NCBI GenBank assembly: GCA_963816815.1
Contig: CAWFMW010000013.1
Location: forward strand, 85,502-149,501
DNA length: 64,000 nt
Origin: an uncultured Alphaproteobacteria bacterium
Lineage (GTDB): Bacteria > Pseudomonadota > Alphaproteobacteria > Rhizobiales > Xanthobacteraceae
Direction of reading: 5' to 3'
Positions 48,691 to 56,671 of the stretch are shown here, one piece after another (the stretch's first letter is position 1; every line of letters starts with the position of its first letter). The notes beneath the pieces are model-generated. The model did not search any database. It was not told where the DNA came from and saw only the letters and a list, made by a program, of their open reading frames with translations. The position numbers and the translations under genes are program-made.

Positions 48691-49209
48691 ATGAAATTCG
48701 CATACGGCATCCTTACCCATACGCCGCCTTGGGTTTTCGCGTTGCTGGTCTATCTGGTGTGGCAGGGCATCAGGGCAAGGTGGCCGCGAACGACGACGAT
48801 CTGGCGTGCACTGATTGTGCCGGCGGTGTTCATCATCTGGGGCATCTCGCGGATCGGCTTGCGGCAGGATAGCATCTGGCTGCTGGCGGCCTGGATCGCA
48901 GCAGCGATGGCGTTATTGCCGGTCGGCGTGCTGACGCCGCGGCCGTTCGAGTTGGATCACGGCACCGGGCAGATCACGCGGCCGGGGAGCGTGTTTCCGC
49001 TGATCCGCAATCTCGTCGTGTTCAGCCTGCAATACACCGTCGCGGTGATCTCGGCGGTCGATGTCAGCGACCGACTGTTGGCAACGATCGTGGGCCGCGC
49101 CATCTCGGGCGCAACGGCGGGATATTTCATCGGCTCGACGATCGCGCTGCTGGGCGCCTATTGGCGCAAGCGGCAGGTCGATCTCACGACTTCACAGCCC
49201 CCGCCGTAA
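48691..49209 (+). CDS. Membrane protein (DUF6622-like)
   Basis: ILTHTPPWVFALL...PGSVFPL; several TMs. Confidence 0.7.
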   Translation: MKFAYGILTHTPPWVFALLVYLVWQGIRARWPRTTTIWRALIVPAVFIIWGISRIGLRQDSIWLLAAWIAAAMALLPVGVLTPRPFELDHGTGQITRPGSVFPLIRNLVVFSLQYTVAVISAVDVSDRLLATIVGRAISGATAGYFIGSTIALLGAYWRKRQVDLTTSQPPP

Positions 49210-50035
49210 GCCCGCCCACCATGTAGCGCTTGAACGCGTAGTAGATCGCGGCCGGCGGCAGTGCGTAGATGAAGCCGGTGGTCATCAGCAATTCCCACGG
49301 CGAGTTGTCGGCGGCAAGGAAGTTACCGAGCGCGACCGGAAGCGTGATCTCGGTGTCCTTGGACAAGAGCAGGAAGGCGTAGAGATACTCGTTCCAGGCC
49401 AGCAGGATCGCATAGGTGCCGATCGCGACCAGCGAGGGCATCATCAAGGGTAAATACACCAGACGAAACAGCTGCATCGTGGTGGCGCCGTCCATGGTGG
49501 CGGCTTCGTCGAGCTCGACCGGCAGCTTGTCGGAAGCCTGCTTCAGCACCCAGATCGCGTAAGGCGAGGCGATCGTCACCATCGCCAGAATCAGCGACCA
49601 GTGATTGTTGAGCAGGCCGTAAGTGCCCATGGTGCGGTACATCGGCACGGCGAGGAACGCCGCCGGGATGAAATAGGTGAGCAGCGCGAGATTCATCACC
49701 CAGCGTCCGCCGGGTACGCGCAGCCGCGAGATCGAGAACGCGGCCGCGGTCGCGATCATCAAGGTCAGCGCACCGGCCGACAGCGCGATGACGACCGAAT
49801 TCAGGAACTGGATCCAGAAATCGCGCAGGAAGTAGTGCTGCTGGTGAAACACGATATAGAAATTGTTCAGCGTCGGATGCGCCGGCCATAGCTTTCCTGA
49901 GAACGCGTCCTCCTTCGGCGAGATCGCGAACAGGAACATGTGGTAGATCGGCACCATGGTCCAGATGAACACGGGGATGCCGATCAGCAGCAGCTTCGTC
50001 TCGGTACCGATTTCGCGGAGTGTTGGCAGCTTCAT
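49184..50035 (-). CDS. Carbohydrate ABC transporter permease
   Basis: ELDEAATMDGA EAA loop; AWNEYLYA. Confidence 0.92.
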   Translation of the reverse strand: MKLPTLREIGTETKLLLIGIPVFIWTMVPIYHMFLFAISPKEDAFSGKLWPAHPTLNNFYIVFHQQHYFLRDFWIQFLNSVVIALSAGALTLMIATAAAFSISRLRVPGGRWVMNLALLTYFIPAAFLAVPMYRTMGTYGLLNNHWSLILAMVTIASPYAIWVLKQASDKLPVELDEAATMDGATTMQLFRLVYLPLMMPSLVAIGTYAILLAWNEYLYAFLLLSKDTEITLPVALGNFLAADNSPWELLMTTGFIYALPPAAIYYAFKRYMVGGLTAGAVKS

Positions 50036-50904
50036 CGCGACAACCGTTTCATCATGAAATAGATCAGCGGCAGCACGAAGGGCATCGCACAGACGATGGA
50101 GGCCATCGCGAGGCTGAGCTGGTCGAGCCGGAGATAGCGGATGCCCAGCGTCGCCAGCACATGGGTGAGATCGGCCGGGCCGCCGCCGGTGAGCAAATAG
50201 ACGCTGTTGAAATCGCCGAGCGTCCAGATCATCGAGAGCAGCGTGCAGGTGACGTAGAGTACCTGCATCGACGGCCAGGTAATGAAGCGGAATTTCTGCG
50301 ACCAGCTCGCGCCGTCGACCTCGGCCGCCTCATAGAGGTCGTGCGGGATGGCGAGCCGCCCGGTCATCAGGATCAGCGTCCAGAACGGCAGCGATTTCCA
50401 GATGTGCACGCCGATCGCCATGGTCAGCGCTACCGTCGGGTCGTTGAGCCAGTTCGGCCCGTCCTCGCCGGTGATCTTGAAGATCAGCTGGTTGACCACG
50501 CCCCATTCCGGATTGAACATGAACCGCACGGATAGAATGGTCGGGATCGACGGCACCGCCCAGGGCAGGATGAACAGCACCGACAGCCATTTGATCCAGG
50601 TGCGCTGCTGGGCGAAGAAGCCGGACAGAAACAGCGCGATCGCCATTTTGACGTTGATGCCGATCACCAGGAAGATCAGCGTATTGACGGCGGCGCGCGC
50701 GAAGATCGGGTCGTGCCAGAGCGCGACATAGCTCGCCGGATGCCGCGCCAGCCACAGCCCGTAGCCGACGGGATAGACCACGAAGGCGAGGAACACGAGG
50801 GCATAGGGCACCAGCAGCAAGATGCCCCAGACCTGCGGCGTCGTCAGCCGGGACGAGAGGGGCGGGCCCGGTATTGCTTGATCTGCCGAAAGCGTGATCG
50901 CCAT
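50032..50904 (-). CDS. Carbohydrate ABC transporter permease
   Basis: LYEAAEVDGAS..FRFITWP and LLTGGGP. Confidence 0.92.
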   Translation of the reverse strand: MAITLSADQAIPGPPLSSRLTTPQVWGILLLVPYALVFLAFVVYPVGYGLWLARHPASYVALWHDPIFARAAVNTLIFLVIGINVKMAIALFLSGFFAQQRTWIKWLSVLFILPWAVPSIPTILSVRFMFNPEWGVVNQLIFKITGEDGPNWLNDPTVALTMAIGVHIWKSLPFWTLILMTGRLAIPHDLYEAAEVDGASWSQKFRFITWPSMQVLYVTCTLLSMIWTLGDFNSVYLLTGGGPADLTHVLATLGIRYLRLDQLSLAMASIVCAMPFVLPLIYFMMKRLSR

Positions 50905-50934
50905 AGTCTGAACTCTACGTCTGCAACTTTCTTA

Positions 50935-51070
50935 GACCTCGCCCCGCTTGCGGGGAGAGGTCGGAGTGCGAAGCACTCCGGGTGAGGGGGGTACAGGACC
51001 CACCACGAGCGATACTCGCGGAGAGAGCCCCTCACCCCGACCCTCTCCCCGCGAAGGGCGGGGAGAGGGA
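50935..51070. repeat. Rhizobiales palindromic intergenic repeat (cctctcccc/ggggagagg family)
   Basis: cctcgccccgcttgcggggagagg...gggtgagggg...cccctcaccc...ccctctccccgc..gcggggagaggg, between the SBP and permease genes. Confidence 0.82.
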
Positions 51071-51081
51071 GGAGTAACAAC

Positions 51082-52461
51082 TTAACCCGCGACCTGCTTG
51101 ATGCGGGTGATCAGTTCGTCGACGGCCTTGTCGACCGGCACTTTCTCGCTCACCACGCGGTTCATTGCCTTGGCCCAGACGTTCTCATTGTTGAGGATCG
51201 TGAACTTCCAGTTCTTGGTGAAGTCGAACGGCGTGGTGCCGCCGGTGAACTGATTGTACACCGCCTTGCGATGCCGGTCAGCCTGCCACCATGGGCTCTG
51301 CTGGCTGGCGGTCGTCACCGGGAACCAGCGGCCGAGCGCGCCCTCGATATAGGGCCGCAGGTTTTCCTCCTGCATCAGGAACTTGATGAACTCCTTGCCC
51401 TCGGCCTTGTTCTTGGCGGCGGTGAACATCAGTCCGGTCTTGACGTCGGAACGGTACTTGATCGGGGTGCCGTCCGGCTTGTTCGGGAAGGACGAGGTGA
51501 TGATGACCTCCTCATAGTTCTTCTTGCCGAGCGCGCGCTGTTCCGGCGTCAGCGCCGGATTGTTGGCGTCGTCGAGCCACTTCGCCGCGATCGAGATCGT
51601 GAAATTGTGCGTCATCACGATCGTCTTGTTGTGGAAGGCGACGTTGTTGTCCGGATCCTTCCAGGTGGTGGAGGAGGGCGGCGTGCAGCCCTTGATGTAG
51701 GTGTCCGTGTAGTCCTTGAGCGCCTTGGTCAGGTTTTCCCGCACCTTGGGATCGTCGACCAGGAGCTTGCCCTCGTCGTCGACCAGCTTGACGTTGTGGG
51801 CGTCCATGAAGGTGTAGAACGACTGGAAGCTATCGGTGGATTCCACGCCCATCGGCTGGCCGACGGCGTAGACGCGCTGGCCGGTGGCCTTGCGTGCCGC
51901 AGGCTGCACCTTGTCGCACCAGAACGACCAGTAGTCTTCCCACTTGGTCGGGATGTCGCTCTGCTTGAACCCGGCCTGCTCCAGCATGTCGCCCCAGATC
52001 TGGACGTGCATGCTCTGCTGCTTCAGCGGGAAGCCATAATAGGCTCGCTTCTTGGCGACGTCGTTGTAAAGCGACACTGTTTCCAGCGTGTTCGGCGCGA
52101 ACGCCGACTTCATCGGCGTCATGATGTCGGAGAGGTCCTCGAGCTTGCCCTCGAACGCCCACTTGCCCTGCGCCTGCACGTCGTAGCTGTCGGAATAGGC
52201 GACATCAGGCACGGTGCCGGAATCCAGCGCCGCCACCGTCTTCGGGATCATGTCCTGGATGGCGTATTGCGACAGTTCGACCTTGATGCCGGTCTTGGCT
52301 TCGAATTTCTTGATCGCCTCGAGGAGCGCGTCGTCCTCGGATTTGTAGAAGCCCTTGCCGAACCAGACGGTGATGGTCTTCTGCTGGGCGAGCGCGGGTG
52401 CCGTGGCGTAAAACAGCCCAACGGCTGCGACCGCGAGTGAAACTGATCTCCTGGATATCAC
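51082..52461 (-). CDS. Carbohydrate ABC transporter substrate-binding protein
   Basis: Signal peptide; family-1 SBP features (KFEAKTGIKVE, PDV, GKLEDLSD); upstream of two sugar permeases. Confidence 0.9.
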   Translation of the reverse strand: MISRRSVSLAVAAVGLFYATAPALAQQKTITVWFGKGFYKSEDDALLEAIKKFEAKTGIKVELSQYAIQDMIPKTVAALDSGTVPDVAYSDSYDVQAQGKWAFEGKLEDLSDIMTPMKSAFAPNTLETVSLYNDVAKKRAYYGFPLKQQSMHVQIWGDMLEQAGFKQSDIPTKWEDYWSFWCDKVQPAARKATGQRVYAVGQPMGVESTDSFQSFYTFMDAHNVKLVDDEGKLLVDDPKVRENLTKALKDYTDTYIKGCTPPSSTTWKDPDNNVAFHNKTIVMTHNFTISIAAKWLDDANNPALTPEQRALGKKNYEEVIITSSFPNKPDGTPIKYRSDVKTGLMFTAAKNKAEGKEFIKFLMQEENLRPYIEGALGRWFPVTTASQQSPWWQADRHRKAVYNQFTGGTTPFDFTKNWKFTILNNENVWAKAMNRVVSEKVPVDKAVDELITRIKQVAG

Positions 52462-52488
52462 GTTGTTCTCCCTGAAAACGCCGGCTTG

Positions 52489-52500
52489 TTAACCGGTTAA
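52489..52500. promoter_or_regulatory. Perfect 12-bp palindrome, operator candidate
   Basis: ttaaccggttaa, 28 bp upstream of the SBP start. Confidence 0.45.
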
Positions 52501-52675
52501 ATAATGATAGCGCAACCATGCAGCGTTATCCAGATGGCGCAAGGCAAACTTCTGTAGGGGGACATTCCGGGCGCAAATGCGGCGGCGGCTCCATCCCGCA
52601 TTTTGGTTCAATCATTTGGTTCAATCATTTTCACACTCGGATACCGGAAAGCCGGATTGTCGCGGCAGGCAAAAC

Positions 52676-52812
52676 CGTCATGCCCGCCACCGGGTCTCGC
52701 CTTTGGCGATCCCGATGACAGGCTCCGGCGGGGCACCCAGTACGCTGCGGCTTATCGATTCAATCGCTGCCGTCTCTGGAACGCTGGGTCGCCCGGTCAA
52801 GCCGGTGATGAC
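52676..52812. repeat. CGTC-type composite repeat (degenerate)
   Basis: cgtcatgcccg...acccagtacgctgcgg...ctggaacgctgggtcgcccggtcaagccggtgatgac. Confidence 0.65.
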
Positions 52813-52864
52813 AACTGAATATGCATCCGCACTCTCGCGGTGTGGTGCGCCCCTTGCGCTGCGA

Positions 52865-53203
52865 TCAGGCCACGGCCTCAATCGCCTTGCCGTTGACTCG
52901 GGTCTCGCCCTGCAAATTGTCGACCGTCACGTGGGTATCGTACCAGGTGAGGCGGGGCCGGACGCCAAAGCGCTCGGTCAAGTCGGCGATGCGCGTTTCC
53001 GTAAACCAGGCTTCCGCCGATTTACGGCTGTCCCACAGATAAACGCCGCCGGTGCCGTTGTCCCCGTTCAGGTAGTCCTTTCGGATCAATCCTTTCCTGG
53101 CAAGGCCGCGATACGTCGGTGCGGTCGAAGTGCCGCCTTTCACCGCCTGTTCCTCGGAGCGCTTTGGCAAATCGAACTGAACGACAACGATGCAATTGGG
53201 CAT
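52865..53203 (-). CDS. YdhR-like putative monooxygenase (dimeric alpha+beta barrel)
   Basis: GLIRKDYL...GGVYLWDSRKSAEAW; start MPNCIV after GGAGG. Confidence 0.8.
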   Translation of the reverse strand: MPNCIVVVQFDLPKRSEEQAVKGGTSTAPTYRGLARKGLIRKDYLNGDNGTGGVYLWDSRKSAEAWFTETRIADLTERFGVRPRLTWYDTHVTVDNLQGETRVNGKAIEAVA

Positions 53204-53329
53204 GGATGGTCCTCCCGTCAGGTCCGCAATCATGCGATGAATTCGGGGCGCGGTCAAAAGCCGGTTGAGACAGTCTGAGAAGCGTGATCCCGTCCGCATC
53301 AAGCAAGCCGGCGGGAAACGAGGACGCGA

Positions 53330-54262
53330 ATGGATTTATCCTACTCACAGAATCTCGAAGACTATCATCTCTCGCTTGCCTTCGCGGGACAGGCCACCGG
53401 GACCTACATCGACGTCGGAGCAGGGCATCCGATTGCCGACAACGTGTCGTTCTGGTTCTATGAACGTGGCTGGCAGGGCATTGTCGTCGAGCCGCAGCCT
53501 GAACTTGAGGCGCTCTACCAGCGGCTGCGTCCGCGCGACCTCGCGTTTCGTGGCCTGGTCGGACGCCACTGCGGCGAAATGGATTTTCATGTGGTCGAAC
53601 GCCTGCACGGGCTCTCGACGACCGTGGAAGGCCTGGCGCAAAAGGCAAAGGCCCTCGGCGCCGACTATCGGACCGTTCGCACGCCTGTGACCACGCTGGC
53701 AAAACTATGCGAAAGTCACGATCTCAGCGCTCTCGACTTCCTCAAAATCGATGTCGAGGGCGCCGAAGGCGATGTTCTGTTCGGCGGCGACTGGAAACGT
53801 TTTCGACCCAAGGTGATCGTCGCCGAGGCGGTGACGCCGCTGGAATCAGAGCAGGGATGGCAGGACTGGGAGCCGTTCCTTCTTGCTCAGGGCTACCGCT
53901 TCGCGCTGTTCGACACGCTCAACCGGTTCTATGTCGCGCAGGAACATCCTGATATCCTGGCGCGCCTGCCGTCCGAGCGGGCACCGTGGCACGCGGTTCG
54001 TCACATGTACGAGATAGGCCGTGCTCCCGAAAACAAGCTGCATCCCGATCACGCGTTGGCGCAGGATCTCGCGCGCGGGTTTTGGGCGAGCCTGCCTTAT
54101 CTCGATCCAGGCCTCTTGACGTCGCTTTTGGCTCGCGCCCGTCGGATTACGAACTCCGACGATCTCGCAGCGCTTGCGTTCACGGTCGATACCGAACAGT
54201 TTCGCGCGGCGCTTGGACGGATCGCCTGCGGTTATGACGGCGGACAGATCGTTGATGAGTGA
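53330..54262 (+). CDS. FkbM family methyltransferase
   Basis: SYSQNLED, YIDVGAGHP and FLKIDVEGAE. Confidence 0.9.
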   Translation: MDLSYSQNLEDYHLSLAFAGQATGTYIDVGAGHPIADNVSFWFYERGWQGIVVEPQPELEALYQRLRPRDLAFRGLVGRHCGEMDFHVVERLHGLSTTVEGLAQKAKALGADYRTVRTPVTTLAKLCESHDLSALDFLKIDVEGAEGDVLFGGDWKRFRPKVIVAEAVTPLESEQGWQDWEPFLLAQGYRFALFDTLNRFYVAQEHPDILARLPSERAPWHAVRHMYEIGRAPENKLHPDHALAQDLARGFWASLPYLDPGLLTSLLARARRITNSDDLAALAFTVDTEQFRAALGRIACGYDGGQIVDE

Positions 54263-54322
54263 GAGACCGCGAACCCGGTCAGGGTGTCTCAACTCAATGT
54301 TTCCCCGCGCGTAAACGGCCGT

Positions 54323-54502
54323 TCAAAACGAATTCGCCAGCTCGATCTCCGCCTTCAACGCCGCGATCCGTCGCTCGGCTTCCTTCGCCGTCAAATCCTT
54401 CTCGAACAGTTTTGGCTGATACGCCTCGGCGCTGAGCGTGCGCAGCGTCGTCAGTTGGCGGGGCGTCATCGGAGCATCCATCTGGTCGGGGAGGCGGGGC
54501 AT
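54323..54502 (-). CDS. DUF3072-like small protein
   Basis: PMTPRQLTTLRTLSAEA...DLTAKEAERRIAALK. Confidence 0.7.
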   Translation of the reverse strand: MPRLPDQMDAPMTPRQLTTLRTLSAEAYQPKLFEKDLTAKEAERRIAALKAEIELANSF

Positions 54503-54555
54503 TTTTCGGAACTCCAAAGAATCTTTGTCAGGCTCCGACTCTTAACTTGAAATTT

Positions 54556-54570
54556 GTTCTTTATTTGTTC
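54556..54570. promoter_or_regulatory. Alphaproteobacterial LexA (SOS) box GTTC-N7-GTTC
   Basis: gttc-tttattt-gttc, between TTGAAA (54547-54552) and TATAGG (54572-54577), 32 bp before ATG 54602. Confidence 0.8.
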
Positions 54571-54601
54571 TTATAGGCTTCAACCGCACGGAGGTGGCCC
54601 C

Positions 54602-55009
54602 ATGGACAACAAGCTCAACGAAATCAGAAGGAAAATAAAATTCTTGCGGGAGGAGATGTTGGGCGCGGAGGATAATATCCGCAAACGGGTCAACCGCGAC
54701 GAGGACTGCTCGGAGGCCGCCGTTCACCTGATGTCCATGCGGGTAGTCATGCTCGGTCTGATCGGCGAACGGAACCGGCTTGGCGGCGAAGAGCGGCTGC
54801 TCAATGTCGACGAGCGGCTGAAGCTGGATGTCCGCACGGCCGGCCGAAAACCCTCGAACGGGGCGCCGGCGCTGTTTCCGGCGAAAGCCGGCCCTGGACC
54901 TGATCCGGAATCGAGACCAACCGGCGTCAGGAAAACGCGTCCCGTCAAACAACCGGAGCCCCGTTCCGCGTTGGCCGCAACGGAAAAGGCCCGAGGCCGC
55001 CGTGAGTGA
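54602..55009 (+). CDS. Hypothetical protein: helical N-terminal domain plus repeat-derived tail
   Basis: GGAGG SD; MDNKLNEIRRKIKFLREEML... Confidence 0.75.
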   Translation: MDNKLNEIRRKIKFLREEMLGAEDNIRKRVNRDEDCSEAAVHLMSMRVVMLGLIGERNRLGGEERLLNVDERLKLDVRTAGRKPSNGAPALFPAKAGPGPDPESRPTGVRKTRPVKQPEPRSALAATEKARGRRE

Positions 55010-55214
55010 TGAAACGATTCAAACCCTGCGCCGGCGGATCGGCGAGCTGGACCAGCTTGCGCGCCGGCTCGATCAATCCGGCCTGGACAATGCGCGGGCG
55101 CAGCTTCTGCTCTCGCGCAAGCGGGCGGAGCTGGAAGACTTCATCAACAGGGACCCGCAATGTCAGCACCGCTTCGATGGTACGACCACAACGCGGATAA
55201 TCCGCCGTGGCTGA
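55002..55214 (+). CDS. Small hypothetical coiled-coil protein (70 aa)
   Basis: GTG start with GAGG SD, overlapping the previous stop; SDETIQTLRRRIGELDQLARRLDQSGLDNARAQLLLSRKRAELEDFI. Confidence 0.55.
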   Translation: MSDETIQTLRRRIGELDQLARRLDQSGLDNARAQLLLSRKRAELEDFINRDPQCQHRFDGTTTTRIIRRG

Positions 55215-55387
55215 AAGCCCTTGCGGAAGTTCGCATCCAGGCCACGCGGGAAGGCTGGTGCCACGCGCATGTGCAGGCGATCATCGTTGCGATCGACCAG
55301 TATGCCGAGGCGGCGCTGGGTAACCGGAGTTATTTTCTCAACAGGCCGTATGGGGTTGGCGGGGGACGGCGGAATGATGTGCCGTGA
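55160..55387 (+). CDS. Small hypothetical protein (75 aa)
   Basis: MSAPLRWYDHNADNPPWL...AIIVAIDQYAEAALGNRSYFLNRP; AGGGA SD; protein-like composition. Confidence 0.6.
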   Translation: MSAPLRWYDHNADNPPWLKALAEVRIQATREGWCHAHVQAIIVAIDQYAEAALGNRSYFLNRPYGVGGGRRNDVP

Positions 55388-55451
55388 TTGGCGGTCCTGC
55401 GTGGCTGTTGTTTCAAGTCAATGGAATTGAGTTTGGCGATCGGGAGGGGGC

Positions 55452-55937
55452 ATGCTTGGGCTGGTCGGTTACAGGACGGCGCTTTATCTTTCAGCTTTGA
55501 TAGCGGTCGTGAATTCGATCTTTCTCCTGTATGTGCAGTGGTATCTGCCGCATCTCGGCTACGGCAATGCGCTCTACATTCTGGCAGCGCTGATCATCCT
55601 GCTGGGCCTTTGGCTATTGAGCAGGATCGCGCGATACGCCGGTGCAGCGTTTTACATGCTCTGCGCGGGGAGTGCCGTCGTCGCGCTTTGGGGCTTTGCC
55701 AAGCCGGTGAACGTCGTCGTCGTTTGGGCCGTGGCAATGGCGGTGCTGAGTTTCGCCGCCGCATTGATCCAGGTTTTCTCAAAGCGGTTCGCAAGGGAAT
55801 TTGCCGCCGAGCGTGAAAAACAACCTACCTACAAGAAGTATCTTCTTCACGCCTTCACCTTCGTGGTGGTCCTTGCGGTAACCGCCGGCGTACTGGTCGA
55901 TATCTTCAGTTTTTTCCAACTGGCTAATGGCAAGTAG
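55452..55937 (+). CDS. Hypothetical integral membrane protein
   Basis: About five hydrophobic helices; GGAGG SD. Confidence 0.75.
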   Translation: MLGLVGYRTALYLSALIAVVNSIFLLYVQWYLPHLGYGNALYILAALIILLGLWLLSRIARYAGAAFYMLCAGSAVVALWGFAKPVNVVVVWAVAMAVLSFAAALIQVFSKRFAREFAAEREKQPTYKKYLLHAFTFVVVLAVTAGVLVDIFSFFQLANGK

Positions 55938-55958
55938 AGCGCGTGACGATTGAAATAG

Positions 55959-55976
55959 GGTGACATATGTGTTACC
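55959..55976. promoter_or_regulatory. Imperfect palindromic operator of the TA operon
   Basis: ggtgaca-tatg-tgttacc, directly downstream of TTGAAA (55950-55955) and 7 bp before the toxin start. Confidence 0.55.
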
Positions 55977-55982
55977 TGACCC

Positions 55983-56312
55983 GTGGTTGAGATCCGTTAC
56001 TACATCGATCGTGGCGGTGATGCGCCGTTTGCCGAATGGTTTGCGGAGCTAGAGCCGACGGCAAGCGCCAGAATTGCGCGCGCCATTGTCCGCATGGAGC
56101 AAGGAAACTTCTCGAACGCCAAGGGCGTTGGGGAGGGCGTGATGGAATACAAGATCGATTTTGGCCCGGGCTATCGTACGTACTTCGGGCGAGACGGCGA
56201 CACGATCGTCATCTTGCTCACGGGAGGTACGAAGAAGCGGCAGCAAAAGGACATCGATGCGGCAAAGGCGTATTGGCGGGACTACAAGCTGAGCAAGCGC
56301 GGACGGCATTGA
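55983..56312 (+). CDS. RelE/ParE superfamily toxin (addiction module killer, HigB-like)
   Basis: PFAEWF, GNFSNAKGVGEGVMEYKIDFGPGYRTYF and LLTGGTKKRQQKDI. Confidence 0.9.
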   Translation: MVEIRYYIDRGGDAPFAEWFAELEPTASARIARAIVRMEQGNFSNAKGVGEGVMEYKIDFGPGYRTYFGRDGDTIVILLTGGTKKRQQKDIDAAKAYWRDYKLSKRGRH

Positions 56313-56329
56313 CGAGAGCGGAGTGACAG

Positions 56330-56638
56330 ATGGCGAAGACGGGAAGCTTCAAGGAACTGGTGCAGACCCGCGTCAAGAAAGACAAGAAGTTTGCCGAGGC
56401 GCTTCTTCGTGAGGGCGTTGATGCGATGCTGAGTGGGGATGTCGAAACCGGCAAGACGATCCTGCGCGACTATATCAAGGCCACCGTCGGATTTGAAAAG
56501 CTCGGCGAAGCGACCGGGACCCAGCCCAAGAGTCTTATCCGGATGTTCGGCCCACGCGGCAACCCGCAGGCAAAGAACCTCTTTGGCGTTCTTGGTTATC
56601 TTCAGAAGCGTGCGGGTGTGAAACTTCACGTCGCATAG
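56330..56638 (+). CDS. HTH antitoxin (addiction module antidote, HigA-like)
   Basis: GFEKLGEATGTQPKSLIRMFGPRGNPQAKNLF; toxin-first gene order. Confidence 0.85.
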   Translation: MAKTGSFKELVQTRVKKDKKFAEALLREGVDAMLSGDVETGKTILRDYIKATVGFEKLGEATGTQPKSLIRMFGPRGNPQAKNLFGVLGYLQKRAGVKLHVA

Positions 56639-56671
56639 CGGACGCGGCGTCGCCGCTAGCTCGCGGCCAGC

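Noticed and set aside
54323-56638. Prophage or integrative element
   Set aside because: No integrase, structural or replication genes and no att duplication seen; only small ORFs and a TA pair.
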